Program-made: the position numbers and the translations under genes | In this document: positions 46,506 to 56,685 of the stretch, piece after piece | How positions within the stretch are numbered: position 1 is the stretch's first letter | How the letters are laid out: each line of letters opens with the position of its first letter | The notes under the pieces: generated by a model | Told to the model about the DNA's origin: nothing | Database searches by the model: none | Seen by the model: the letters and a program-made list of their open reading frames with translations, nothing else | Origin: Candidatus Liptonbacteria bacterium | GTDB taxonomy: Bacteria > Patescibacteriota > Minisyncoccia > UBA6257 > 2-01-FULL-56-20 | Direction: 5' to 3' | DNA: 64,000 nucleotides | NCBI GenBank assembly: GCA_023244895.1 | Contig: JAHFLL010000001.1 | Span: 335,702 to 399,701 of the forward strand

Positions 46506-47621
46506 ATGTTTCGGAGCACATCATCTTCCCGTAAGGGGAAAAAGATTGACTATACCATCGTGGCGATAGTTTCTATTTTGGTATTGGCGGGTCTAATCTT
46601 TTTGGCCAGTGCTACCGGTCAACCAAAAGAAGTGTTGAAGGACCAGCTAATCAAGGGCGTGATACCGGGGTTTGTTTTATTCCTGATAGCGTCATTTTTT
46701 TCATATCAGAGATTAAAACCTTTCGCGTTTTATCTACTAATATTAAACATAATATTGTTGTGCATTTTATTCATTCCCGGATTGGGCTTAGTTCAGTCCA
46801 GCGGGGGAGCCGCGCGTTGGATAAAAATAGGGCCGATTGGCTTTCAGCCCTCGGAGTTGCTTAAGATAACTCTGGTTTTGTATTTGGCCGCGTGGTTCTC
46901 CAATTCTAAAATGGAACGCGCCAAAAGTCTTACCAAGGGGACAATCCCTTTCGCTATCATATGCTTGGTCATAGCCGCCCTGTTGTACTTCCAGCCTGCG
47001 ACCAGTATGATTTTGATACTTATCTTGTCTGGCGGAGTTATGTATTTCCTATCCGGCGCGCCTTGGAAATATATAGCCATTATGTCCGTCTCGGCGGGGG
47101 TGATCTGCGCCCTGGCGGTTTTATTCTTTTTATCCAACCCGAACTCGCATCGTGCCAGAAGAATAAAAACATTCTTAAATCCCACCGAAGACACCTTAAA
47201 TACCGGCTACCAGGCCAACCAGGCCAGAATAGCTATAGGTTCGGGAGGCTTATTTGGGGCCGGTTATGGCAGAGATTCAGACAGAGTATCCGTGCCCAAA
47301 TCGGATAATGACTTAATCTTTTCCGTTATCGCTCAGCAAACTGGTTTCGCCGGCGCGGGATTCGTAGTTATCTTATTCGCGATACTGGTAGCTCGCTTAT
47401 TTTGGTTGGCCCGCAGAATCAGAGATAGATTCGGCGGAATGATCCTGGGAGGATTTGCGAGTATTATGGCCTTGCAATCTTTTTTTCACATGGCGGCCAA
47501 CTCTGGCATGATACCGCTTACCGGACTGCCGTTGCCTTTTATCAGCCTGGGTGGCACCTCTATGATCGTGTCTTTGATTATGATGGGAATAGCGGTTAAT
47601 ATTTCTAAGTACAGCAACTAA
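46506..47621 (+). CDS. ftsW: SEDS-family peptidoglycan glycosyltransferase FtsW/RodA
   Basis: 10-TM SEDS topology, conserved central loop, adjacent to murG. Confidence 0.8.
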   Translation: MFRSTSSSRKGKKIDYTIVAIVSILVLAGLIFLASATGQPKEVLKDQLIKGVIPGFVLFLIASFFSYQRLKPFAFYLLILNIILLCILFIPGLGLVQSSGGAARWIKIGPIGFQPSELLKITLVLYLAAWFSNSKMERAKSLTKGTIPFAIICLVIAALLYFQPATSMILILILSGGVMYFLSGAPWKYIAIMSVSAGVICALAVLFFLSNPNSHRARRIKTFLNPTEDTLNTGYQANQARIAIGSGGLFGAGYGRDSDRVSVPKSDNDLIFSVIAQQTGFAGAGFVVILFAILVARLFWLARRIRDRFGGMILGGFASIMALQSFFHMAANSGMIPLTGLPLPFISLGGTSMIVSLIMMGIAVNISKYSN

Positions 47622-47622
47622 T

Positions 47623-48756
47623 ATGGCCAAAAGCAGAATATTATTAACCGGAGGAGGCAGCGGGGGACACGTCTATCCACTCTGGGCGGTAGCGGAGTCT
47701 TTAAGGGATAAATTGCCGGAGGTGGACTTGCACTATCTTGGACCCACGGATGAGTTCTCCTCTATCTTATTCGAGAAGGGCGTGAAAACTCACTCCATTC
47801 TGTCCAGTAAGCTGAGACGCTACGCGGCGGGTATATTAGAGAACCTAATAGATGTCCCCAGGTTTTTTATAGCTTTAGCTCAGGCTCTTTTTAAAATATA
47901 CCTCTTAATGCCGGACGTTGTTTTCTCTAAGGGCGGGCCGGGCGCGTTTGCCACGGTCCTCGCCGCGCGTTTCTATCGGATACCGGTTGTTATTCATGAA
48001 TCCGACTCCATCCCCGGTCTGACTAATATTTTTTGCCGCCCGTTCGCGAAATATATCGCGGTCAGTTTTCCGGACGCGCAGAAGTATTTTCCGGCTAGTA
48101 AGACGTTTTTGACCGGTCAGCCCATCCGCAAAGAACTCTTCTCAAATATTCCGCGCCAGGACATAGCCAAGCAGGAGTTGCATTTTGACCCCAACAAACC
48201 CTTAATCTTGATCTTGGGAAGTTCGCAAGGCTCCGCTCGTATTAATGAGTTCACGGTTGTTAATCTAAAAGATATCTTAAGAGTCGGGCAAGTATTGCAT
48301 CAAACCGGTAACGCCAACTTCAAGGCAACCAAGGAGATAAGTCAGGTTGCTTTGCGCCAGTTGCCTGCCGAGCTTGCGGCAGAAACCCGCTATCTGCCCG
48401 TACCGTTTTTATACGAAGATATGAAGAGGGCGCTCTCCGCGGCGGACGTTGTGGTCTCGCGCGCCAGCAGTACCATTATGGAAATCGCCGGTTTTGGTAA
48501 GCCGGCTATACTCATACCGCTTAAGGAGTCCGCGAACGACCATCAACGCGGGAACGCCTATGCTTTTGCCAAGGCGGGCGGAGGCGTGGTCATAGAAGAG
48601 CCCAATCTTTTGCCGGTTATCTTTTTAAATGAGTTAAAAAAGATAGTGGAGCACAATGAAACCAGAGAAAAAATGAGCCAGGCCTCCGGCGCTTTTTTCA
48701 AGCCGAATGGAGCCGATAATGTGGCTGATTTAATTATCTCTCTTGTCAAGCCATAG
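47623..48756 (+). CDS. murG: UDP-N-acetylglucosamine--N-acetylmuramyl-(pentapeptide) pyrophosphoryl-undecaprenol N-acetylglucosamine transferase MurG
   Basis: LLTGGGSGGHVYP glycine-rich loop. Confidence 0.85.
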   Translation: MAKSRILLTGGGSGGHVYPLWAVAESLRDKLPEVDLHYLGPTDEFSSILFEKGVKTHSILSSKLRRYAAGILENLIDVPRFFIALAQALFKIYLLMPDVVFSKGGPGAFATVLAARFYRIPVVIHESDSIPGLTNIFCRPFAKYIAVSFPDAQKYFPASKTFLTGQPIRKELFSNIPRQDIAKQELHFDPNKPLILILGSSQGSARINEFTVVNLKDILRVGQVLHQTGNANFKATKEISQVALRQLPAELAAETRYLPVPFLYEDMKRALSAADVVVSRASSTIMEIAGFGKPAILIPLKESANDHQRGNAYAFAKAGGGVVIEEPNLLPVIFLNELKKIVEHNETREKMSQASGAFFKPNGADNVADLIISLVKP

Positions 48757-48795
48757 CCCTGGAATCCTTTTGTTTTCGGTGCTAAAATAGCCATT

Positions 48796-50274
48796 ATGGA
48801 GGCTTCCTCTAAGAAACCGGTGCGTTTGCGTATGGCGCCCAGCCCGACTGGCTATCTTCATATCGGCACGGCACGGACTACGTTGTTTAACTGGCTATAC
48901 GCCAGACACATTGGCGGAGTTTTTGTCTTGCGCATGGAGGATACGGACAAGGAACGGTCTAAGCCGGAATACGAGATTCAGCTAATAGAGGGCCTGCATT
49001 GGCTTGGTTTAGAGTGGGACGAGGGGCCGGATATTGATGAGAGTGGCAAACTTGTGTCTAAGGGTGAATATGGTCCGTATCGCCAGAGCGAGAGAACGGA
49101 TATATATAAGAAGTATTTAGAGAAACTGTTATCCGAAGGAAAGGCCTATTATTGTTATTGCACTGCGGAAGAGCTGGAGGCGCAACGCCAATCTATGGAA
49201 GCAGATGGAGTGTCTCCTAAATACAGCGGTAAATGTCGGAGTCTAACCTCTCCGCCATCGGACCGAAAATCAAGCGTAATAAGATTTAAGGTCGCGGAAG
49301 AAAAAGTCTCCTTTAAAGATTTAATTCGTGGTACGGTAGAATTTGACGCGGCACTTATGGGAGATATTGTGATAGCGAAGGACTTGGATACCCCTTTGTA
49401 TAATTTTGCGGTAGTAGTAGACGATTACGAAATGAGAATTTCTCATGTAGTTAGGGGTGAGGACCATATCGCGAACACGCCCAAGCAGATACTCATTCAA
49501 AAGGCATTAGATTTTGAGACTCCTGTCTACGCGCACGTACCACTGATATTAAATTCGGATAGGAGTAAATTATCCAAGAGAAAGAATAAGGCCTCCCTTC
49601 TGGAATATAGAGACGATGGATACCTACCGGAGGCAATGTGCAACTTTATGGCCCTTTTGGGTTGGCATCCTTCTGCGGATGACAGAGAGATATTATCTCT
49701 AGAAGAAATATCTAAAGAGTTCACCATAGAAAGAGTTCAAAAGGCGGGAGCTATTTTTGATAAAAATAAATTGGATTGGATAAATAGCCAATACATTAAA
49801 AAGCTTAGCGAAGTGGATTTGGCCGAAAAACTAACACCTCTATTGGAAACCAAAAGGGGAGTAGTAGACAAAAAAATACTAAATAAGCTGATTGCCCTGG
49901 AGAGAGACCGCATCAAAACCCTTTCTGAGTTCGTGGATGCAACCGCGTTGTTTTTTGAGTTGCCGGATTATGGTGGCAAGATACTCACTTGGCGCAAAAG
50001 CAATCCCCAGGAAGCGCGCGAAGTACTCATGGAAGCGATAGAGCTAATGAAGGGAGCGGACGAAGAATTTTTTGAAGACAAGGAGGCTTTATCTAATCTA
50101 ATCGCTCCTCTGCTCACGAAGCATGAAAAGGGATCGGTTTTTTGGCCGATACGTGTTGCCTTGTCCGGCTCAGAGACCTCGCCCGACCCGCTTGATATTG
50201 CCTGTGTGGTGGGTAGACGAGAAACAGTGAAAAGATTGGAGATAGCCCTGGGCAAGATAGGTTCCGCCATCTAA
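48796..50274 (+). CDS. gltX: Glutamate--tRNA ligase
   Basis: PSPTGYLHIGTARTTLFNWLYAR, KLSKR. Confidence 0.9.
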   Translation: MEASSKKPVRLRMAPSPTGYLHIGTARTTLFNWLYARHIGGVFVLRMEDTDKERSKPEYEIQLIEGLHWLGLEWDEGPDIDESGKLVSKGEYGPYRQSERTDIYKKYLEKLLSEGKAYYCYCTAEELEAQRQSMEADGVSPKYSGKCRSLTSPPSDRKSSVIRFKVAEEKVSFKDLIRGTVEFDAALMGDIVIAKDLDTPLYNFAVVVDDYEMRISHVVRGEDHIANTPKQILIQKALDFETPVYAHVPLILNSDRSKLSKRKNKASLLEYRDDGYLPEAMCNFMALLGWHPSADDREILSLEEISKEFTIERVQKAGAIFDKNKLDWINSQYIKKLSEVDLAEKLTPLLETKRGVVDKKILNKLIALERDRIKTLSEFVDATALFFELPDYGGKILTWRKSNPQEAREVLMEAIELMKGADEEFFEDKEALSNLIAPLLTKHEKGSVFWPIRVALSGSETSPDPLDIACVVGRRETVKRLEIALGKIGSAI

Positions 50275-50276
50275 AA

Positions 50277-51572
50277 ATGGATTTTGCATTTAAATTTTCT
50301 AAGAAAACTATTGGTGCGCTAGCCCTATTCGGCCTGGTTCTATTTTGCGTTTCCGTCGGTGTTTTATCTTTTACAAAGAAAGCAGATGCTCAATCCAAAG
50401 AAGAGCTGGAACAGCAGATTAAAACTAAGTCCGACGAGCTGGAAAGAATAAACAAACAGCTGGAAGACACTCGCCAGAACCTGGAGAGTACTAAAACCGA
50501 GAGGCTGACCCTGCAGAGAGAGGTCGCCAATCTTCAGGCCAGCGTCCGCCAACTGGAGCTTAATATCAAATCAGACGAGATAACCAACCAGAAACTTTCT
50601 TTGGAAATTAACTCTATTAATTATGATCTGCGCGACATAGAAATTTCTGTAGAGCGCAAAAAAGAAACTATTGTCAGCCTTTTGCAGGAACTTCAGCAGA
50701 ACGAACAGAAAAGCCTCCTGGTCACGTTTCTAAAAAATGTTACTTTGGCGGAGGGCGTATTGGAAGCTCAATCTTTGAGCAACATCAGAAGCCAATTGGT
50801 TTCCGACATTGGAGAGTTAAATGATTTAAAACAAAGCCTAGGTCGAAAGGTGCAACAGGTCAGCACAAAAAAACAGGAGGTGGAGGTTCGCAAAAAAACT
50901 TTAGCGGTGCGTAAGACTTTAGTGGAGGATCAGCAGGAAGAACAAAAGGCGGTTCTGGCGCAAGCAAAAAACAAAGAATCTCTTTTCCAGCAACAACTGA
51001 GTAATCTTCAGAAACAACAGGACGCGATTGAGGATGAAATCGTGAAGATGGAAGATAAGCTTAAATCCGAATTTGATTCCAGCGTTCTACCGGCTCCGGG
51101 CACTAAATATTTTAGCTATTCTGTTTTGCTTAGGAAAGACGGAGGCACGGGCACAATAACGCAACATTATGGAGAAGTGTCAAGGTTGTATGGCGGAAAG
51201 CCTCATAACGGATTTGATATCGGCACACCGGTGGGAACCCAGGTTTTAGCCGCGGCGGATGGGGAAGTCGTTGCAGTTGGAAATAACGATAAAAGCTCGC
51301 GCCTAAAGTACCAATACGGCAAATATATCGTAGTTAAGCATCCTAATAATTTGGCGACATTATACGCGCACTTATCCCAACAGTCCGTTTCGGTCGGCCA
51401 GAAGATCACGCGTGGTCAAATTATCGGCTATTCCGGCAATACCGGTTATTCTACTGGAGCTCATTTGCACTTTGGACTGTATTGGGCGCCAACTATTACA
51501 TATAAGCCGGTTGCGCCCGCCGCGGGATTAGTTCCAATCGGGGTAACTTTAAATCCGGAAAGCTATTTATAA
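50277..51572 (+). CDS. M23 family metallopeptidase with an N-terminal coiled coil (EnvC-like)
   Basis: HNGFDIG...GYSGNTGYSTGAHLHFGLY LytM motifs; long heptad-rich N-terminus. Confidence 0.75.
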   Translation: MDFAFKFSKKTIGALALFGLVLFCVSVGVLSFTKKADAQSKEELEQQIKTKSDELERINKQLEDTRQNLESTKTERLTLQREVANLQASVRQLELNIKSDEITNQKLSLEINSINYDLRDIEISVERKKETIVSLLQELQQNEQKSLLVTFLKNVTLAEGVLEAQSLSNIRSQLVSDIGELNDLKQSLGRKVQQVSTKKQEVEVRKKTLAVRKTLVEDQQEEQKAVLAQAKNKESLFQQQLSNLQKQQDAIEDEIVKMEDKLKSEFDSSVLPAPGTKYFSYSVLLRKDGGTGTITQHYGEVSRLYGGKPHNGFDIGTPVGTQVLAAADGEVVAVGNNDKSSRLKYQYGKYIVVKHPNNLATLYAHLSQQSVSVGQKITRGQIIGYSGNTGYSTGAHLHFGLYWAPTITYKPVAPAAGLVPIGVTLNPESYL

Positions 51573-51867
51573 GAGGGATTTAGGCAGAAATTATTTCTTC
51601 AATGGTAGGACAAGGCTTGTTTTACGATAGATTAGTTAATCTGTTGCAAAACAAGCATAATCTTTTGCGTCAGGTATGCTATCCCATATATCTGACGTAA
51701 AAGATATATTGGGCGACAGGTGCTATAGAGAGAAAGAGCCCTTCCCCCTCCGGAATCAGTGTTACTCAAATTATCGATTGTTAATCATTTATTATTGTTA
51801 ATTTGGTATAATTAACTGGTATTGGATTAAAGGTCGAAAGCAAATAAAACTACTCCTTTAAACCAAA

Positions 51868-52074
51868 ATGAAAGTTATACATATGGTGGCCTTCATTCTC
51901 CTAGTCATAGGAGGCTTGAACTGGCTCTTGACCGGACTTATCTCCGGTTGGGACTTGGCTAGCTACCTGGGCCCCACGCTCGCCATGATTATCTATATCT
52001 TGGTCGGCTTGTCCGCGATTTGGGAAGTTGCGACTCACAAGAAAAACTGCAAGGCTTGTGACGCTTCTATGTAA
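51868..52074 (+). CDS. DUF378-family small membrane protein
   Basis: ILLVIGGLNWLLTGL...YILVGLSAIW. Confidence 0.55.
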   Translation: MKVIHMVAFILLVIGGLNWLLTGLISGWDLASYLGPTLAMIIYILVGLSAIWEVATHKKNCKACDASM

Positions 52075-52163
52075 GAGGTATATCATTTAGTTCGTCAGTT
52101 AAACCAAGAGCGGAATCTGTGAGGGGTTCCGTTTTTGGTTTTCTGTGCTTTAATATACTTCAT

Positions 52164-53591
52164 ATGCCTTCTCGTAAAACTTCTAACTTCCAACTTCTAA
52201 ATTCCAATCCCTCTCCCAATCTCCCCCATCCGCCGCACGTTCATCTGGTTGGTATCGGTGGTATCGGAATGAGCAGTTTAGCTTACTGGTTTTTAGGTCA
52301 AAAATGGCTTGTTTCCGGCTCGGACAGGGAGAAGAGCCTGATTACCCAAGACCTCTTAAAACGGGGCGTAAGGGTCAAAATTGGGCATAAATCTGCCCAT
52401 GTGGACCCCCAGACAGACCTCTTAATCCACAATCAAGCCATAGACCAGGACAACCCCGAATTAAAACGGGCCAGACAGCTTGAAATAGAGGTCCTCTCCT
52501 ACCCTCAAATGATAGGTAATATCACTCGGCTTTATACCACCGTGGCGATCGCCGGCGCGCACGGCAAGAGCACTACCACCGCAATTACGGCTCTTATAAT
52601 GAATAAAGCCAAGCTGGATCCGAGCGTCATTATCGGGACCCGTTTAAAGGAATTTGATAATACCAACTCCCGAGTCGGTAAAGGCGACTATTTGGTTTTA
52701 GAGTCCGATGAATACGGTCGGGCGTTTCTAAACTATCAGCCCGTTTATGGAATTATTACCAATATTGATAAAGAGCACTTAGATATTTATCGCGACCTTC
52801 AGGATATTAAAAATACTTTTCTAAAATACATTGCTGGTTTTCGCCCCGGTGGTGGATTGGTTCTCAATAAGGACGACAAAAACTTATTCTCTCTTAAGTC
52901 CAAGATAGAAAAAATAGCGAAAGAAAATAGCCTGCAGGTCGTCTGGTATTCACTTAAAGATCCAACCACTGCCAAGATCAAGAAAATAATCCAGGTACCG
53001 GGCAGGCATAATTTGAGTAACGCGCAGGGGGCGCATCTCCTCGCTACCAAGTTTTTACGGGTTTCCGAAAAAGATTCCCTTTCCGCCATAAAATCATTCC
53101 GGGGCACTTGGCGCAGAATGGAACTAGTCGGCAAATATGATGGCGCGCCGGTTTTTGATGATTACGCCCACCACCCCACTGAGATTAAGGCGACACTATC
53201 CGCTTTTAAGGAAAAATATCCCAATAAAAAAATAGTTTGCGTATTCCAACCGCACTTATCCGACCGGCTTACGAAATTGTTCGGAGAATTTATAACCGCT
53301 TTTAACGACGCGAATGAAACCCTTATTCTGCCAATTTATAAAGTTGCCGGGCGAGAAAATAACGCCAAACACAAAAGCTCGCAAGATTTGGCGCGTGCTA
53401 TTCAAAAGAAGCAGCCCCACAAACCGCTCTTCTATATGGAGCATCCCAAGGACTTACATCTGGCACTCGCCTCTTTCGGTCCATTAAATAAACGGGTGAT
53501 TGTAATGATGGGCGCCGGAGATATCGCGAGCCTAACTCAAAAACTCATCAAAACCACTCCTCCGCGGAATATTAGGATGGGATGTTGCTAG
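52164..53591 (+). CDS. murC: UDP-N-acetylmuramate--L-alanine ligase MurC (the ORF track begins it at 52119; ATG 52164 after TAATAT is the more likely start)
   Basis: HLVGIGGIGMSSLA, GTHGKSTTTA Mur-ligase motifs. Confidence 0.85.
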   Translation: MPSRKTSNFQLLNSNPSPNLPHPPHVHLVGIGGIGMSSLAYWFLGQKWLVSGSDREKSLITQDLLKRGVRVKIGHKSAHVDPQTDLLIHNQAIDQDNPELKRARQLEIEVLSYPQMIGNITRLYTTVAIAGAHGKSTTTAITALIMNKAKLDPSVIIGTRLKEFDNTNSRVGKGDYLVLESDEYGRAFLNYQPVYGIITNIDKEHLDIYRDLQDIKNTFLKYIAGFRPGGGLVLNKDDKNLFSLKSKIEKIAKENSLQVVWYSLKDPTTAKIKKIIQVPGRHNLSNAQGAHLLATKFLRVSEKDSLSAIKSFRGTWRRMELVGKYDGAPVFDDYAHHPTEIKATLSAFKEKYPNKKIVCVFQPHLSDRLTKLFGEFITAFNDANETLILPIYKVAGRENNAKHKSSQDLARAIQKKQPHKPLFYMEHPKDLHLALASFGPLNKRVIVMMGAGDIASLTQKLIKTTPPRNIRMGCC

Positions 53592-53617
53592 AAGTCTTTA
53601 ATTAAAATATCCACATA

Positions 53618-54091
53618 GTGATAAAAGAAAAGAGCGTACATCGGATATTTTTAGTCAGTCTTATCCTCAAAGGACTGAACGCCTTTCTGGAAATTACGGG
53701 CGGTATTCTTTTCCTTTTTACGGGAACGCTAAGCAGTGTGCTTATATTTCTTACTAAAGGAGAGCTGATTGAGGACCCGACCGATCTCCTCGCAAGCCGT
53801 CTTGTCGGTCTCATCCCCTATCTATCCGTTCATACACAATTATTTGCTTCCTTTTACTTGCTTTCGCACGGAATAATAAAGATTTTTTTGGTAGCCAATC
53901 TGCTTCGCAACAAACTCTGGGCATATCCCGCGACTATAGGATTTTTAGGACTTTTTATCCTTTACCAACTCTACCGTATCGCCTACGCTCACTCCCTGTT
54001 TCTAATCGCGCTTACCTTATTTGATATCCTTCTAATATATCTTACCTGGCACGAATACAGCCTTGTTAAAAAGCATATTTCTCTAGAATAA
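53618..54091 (+). CDS. DUF2127-like multi-TM membrane protein
   Basis: Composition and topology. Confidence 0.35.
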   Translation: MIKEKSVHRIFLVSLILKGLNAFLEITGGILFLFTGTLSSVLIFLTKGELIEDPTDLLASRLVGLIPYLSVHTQLFASFYLLSHGIIKIFLVANLLRNKLWAYPATIGFLGLFILYQLYRIAYAHSLFLIALTLFDILLIYLTWHEYSLVKKHISLE

Positions 54092-54180
54092 TACCGACGA
54101 CAAATTGATTGAAAAACCTTCTAGCCATATAATAAGGATTAAACGTGAAAGAAGTATCGTGAAGAATTAATATAAGACAT

Positions 54181-54513
54181 ATGCTTACTAAGCTTCCCGA
54201 AAGTTTGAATTCGGATGGTAAAGGCTCAGATGCGCCTCCTCGAGTGGTTCCATCTCGGATGCTGGCATTGCTTATGGCCATATTATTATCTGCCCTCTGT
54301 GCTCCAAGAGGAGTTAAACGTGCCGTTTTCAGAATGGGGATCATCGATTCCCCTTTTCCTTTCGTTACTACCTTAAGCGTGGTTGTTCTAGTCTTTTTTG
54401 TAGCGCAAATTATTGTGACCTATTCTATTATTAGAGCCCCTCTCGATATGAAATCTAAAGTTGTATTAATATTTTTCATATCTTTATTGTCTTTTATTGT
54501 CAGTGTGAACTAG
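54181..54513 (+). CDS. Hypothetical small membrane protein
   Basis: ORF only. Confidence 0.25.
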   Translation: MLTKLPESLNSDGKGSDAPPRVVPSRMLALLMAILLSALCAPRGVKRAVFRMGIIDSPFPFVTTLSVVVLVFFVAQIIVTYSIIRAPLDMKSKVVLIFFISLLSFIVSVN

Positions 54514-54623
54514 GCAATAGAATCAGAAATATACTTTTGCCCTACCACATACTTGGAGCATTTTAGGGACTCCCGAAGAGGGCGCGTCTCCCTATATTCG
54601 TAATACTAATTTATATCAACATA

Positions 54624-54652
54624 TTGACATTATGGCAATAATAGTATATAAT
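54624..54652 (+). promoter_or_regulatory. Perfect consensus sigma70-type promoter TTGACA-17-TATAAT, in host-like AT-rich DNA, driving the GC-rich secreted-protein gene
   Basis: TTGACA 54624-29, 17-nt spacer, TATAAT 54647-52. Confidence 0.6.
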
Positions 54653-54741
54653 GTACCTCGTTTGTCCTTGGGAAATGACTCCCCTGGACGGACTTCAATT
54701 CTCGGCGGCGCCTAGCGCCGCGATGCCTTGCGGAGGGCACC

Positions 54742-55644
54742 TTGAAGAACAAGCTCTTTTACACCATCGGACTCATCGTCCTCGTGGCGCTCGCGTTCGC
54801 CGCGCCGGTCTCGGCGCAGTCGAAGACGCCAACTTTCGGCAAGGGCGCGCCACGCCCCGGCATGGTGGTCGTGGAGACCGCAAGCAACCCCATCCCCGCC
54901 CTCATGACCGAGGGTCTGAAGGGCAGCATCCAGACCGGCAACGGCTGGAAGTTGCCGTACGAGATGAAGGTGCTCGTCTTCCGCGCCCGGCGGAACTGGA
55001 ACGAGGTGGCCGGCAGCTACATCGAACCCGTCGGGGAACCGATTGCGACGCTCGCAACGTGCCCCGTCCTGGTGGTGATTTCGGGCGCCTTCCAGGAGGT
55101 TCCACAGGACTGCGTCACCCGCGACGGCTACTGGACGCTCAGCAAGCGCCTGGATCAGGACTACTACATGATCCGCGTCCTCGCGAAGGGCGGATGGTAC
55201 CATCCCTCCTACCAGGAAGTCTGGAACTACCACTCCGGTGGCGTGACGGAGTTCGACACGGTTCAGCTCCAGCGGTTCAGCATCCTGGTCAGCGACTTCA
55301 CCCTCAATCGGTGGGCCGCGAACCGGGTCTACGCCGAATTCCAACTGGCGAACAACTCCGAGTGGCAGGAGCCGGTCGTGATTCGGATCAAGCTCCGTGG
55401 GCCGTCCTACACGACGATCGATGCACCCCTCGCCGACGGGCAGCCCTTCGGGGGCTGGCTGGAGCCTTGGTCTCAGACTCCGGTCTGGTACTACTTCGGT
55501 ATCCCGTCTTGGACCGGCTCCAATGGGAAAGGCAAGGTCTGCGGCCAACTCGAGATCTCGAGCGGGTGGCAGTACGATCAGGGCTGGGTCTACGCCCAGC
55601 AGGACGTCTGCATCGACGCCTACTACCGCCAGCCCAAGGGCTAG
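54742..55644 (+). CDS. Secreted hypothetical protein (Sec signal peptide) encoded by a GC-rich cassette; TTG start
   Basis: MKNKLFYTIGLIVLVALAFAAPVSAQ signal peptide; high-GC codons; RBS ggaggg. Confidence 0.5.
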   Translation: MKNKLFYTIGLIVLVALAFAAPVSAQSKTPTFGKGAPRPGMVVVETASNPIPALMTEGLKGSIQTGNGWKLPYEMKVLVFRARRNWNEVAGSYIEPVGEPIATLATCPVLVVISGAFQEVPQDCVTRDGYWTLSKRLDQDYYMIRVLAKGGWYHPSYQEVWNYHSGGVTEFDTVQLQRFSILVSDFTLNRWAANRVYAEFQLANNSEWQEPVVIRIKLRGPSYTTIDAPLADGQPFGGWLEPWSQTPVWYYFGIPSWTGSNGKGKVCGQLEISSGWQYDQGWVYAQQDVCIDAYYRQPKG

Positions 55645-55700
55645 CCGCACAAGTCCGCCGGGTAGCTGATCCCCGTTCAGATCAGCATCGTGCAACATTC

Positions 55701-55742
55701 AACAGGCCGAGGGGAGTATATCCCCCGGCCTGTTCGTTTTTT
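55701..55742. terminator. Strong bidirectional rho-independent terminator (AACAGGCCGAGGGGA..TCCCCCGGCCTGTT + CGTTTTTT)
   Basis: Read directly; sits between convergent genes. Confidence 0.65.
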
Positions 55743-56679
55743 ATAAGACTCCCAACAGGGCTTCAATTATTTTCTTATCGGCCCCTACCCTCTCCCAATC
55801 TATCTCAGCGGAAGTGTTCTGATTGAATTGAATGCCTTTTTCGGATAACCAATATATACGATTTAAAATAGCGTAAATAGTGACGATTCTTCTCTGCTCT
55901 ACATTTAGCCCTAGTCCGTCCTCTATGGCGGATGAATACTCTTCTCCGTAATGCGTGCCAAACCAGCTTGCTTTTATTCTGCCCACCGCCTCCAGTGGGT
56001 CGCCATAAGCTACTCCATCTAAATCAACCAACCCGGAGAATTTACCATCGTGAATCATTACGTTTTTCGTGCAGATATCGTCAAAATAGCAGACGGATTT
56101 AACCGTGGAGAAATATTCCTTATTTTCCTCCATTAGTTTTTCAAATATACCAATAAAACGCTCGCCGATAACCTTGGTTTTAGCGTCTCTTTCTTTTATC
56201 TTCGGAAGCATATTCCCCAGAGATTCAACCCAAGATGAAGAGGTTTTGTCTTTTAGAGGAGAATACCAGCCGAACCGTCCATTGGTAGGAACGCTTTCCA
56301 GCTTGCGGAAGATATTAACTATATCCTTAGCTATATCTTTGAGTTGCTCATCCGTGAGGTCCTGAATAACCTCTCCCATATCTCGCCCGTCAATTTTGGA
56401 TAAAATTTGATATACGAACGGAACATCTTTTTTGGAATAATCGGAGGCGATTATGTCCGGCACTTTTATACCTAAAGACTTAAAAAGTGGGATAAACTTC
56501 TCGGAAGCTTTCATCTCGTTGCCAATGGAATGAAGTCTTATGATGACGGATCTATCCGGCAAAGATACGGAATAAACCTCGTTGCAAATACCCGACTTCA
56601 TCCGCTCAATCTCAAGAGCGGGCTGATTAAGCTCTTTCTTTAATATCTGATTAATAACCTCTCTGTGGTCTGATTCCAT
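55741..56679 (-). CDS. Phosphotransferase-family (APH/ChoK-like) kinase
   Basis: DICTKNVMIHDG...LVDLDG catalytic and Mg-binding loops of PF01636. Confidence 0.6.
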   Translation of the reverse strand: MESDHREVINQILKKELNQPALEIERMKSGICNEVYSVSLPDRSVIIRLHSIGNEMKASEKFIPLFKSLGIKVPDIIASDYSKKDVPFVYQILSKIDGRDMGEVIQDLTDEQLKDIAKDIVNIFRKLESVPTNGRFGWYSPLKDKTSSSWVESLGNMLPKIKERDAKTKVIGERFIGIFEKLMEENKEYFSTVKSVCYFDDICTKNVMIHDGKFSGLVDLDGVAYGDPLEAVGRIKASWFGTHYGEEYSSAIEDGLGLNVEQRRIVTIYAILNRIYWLSEKGIQFNQNTSAEIDWERVGADKKIIEALLGVL

Positions 56680-56685
56680 TTGATA

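Noticed and set aside
53602-53814. 70-aa minus-strand ORF at the murC/DUF2127 junction
   Set aside because: Overlaps two plus-strand genes; no support.
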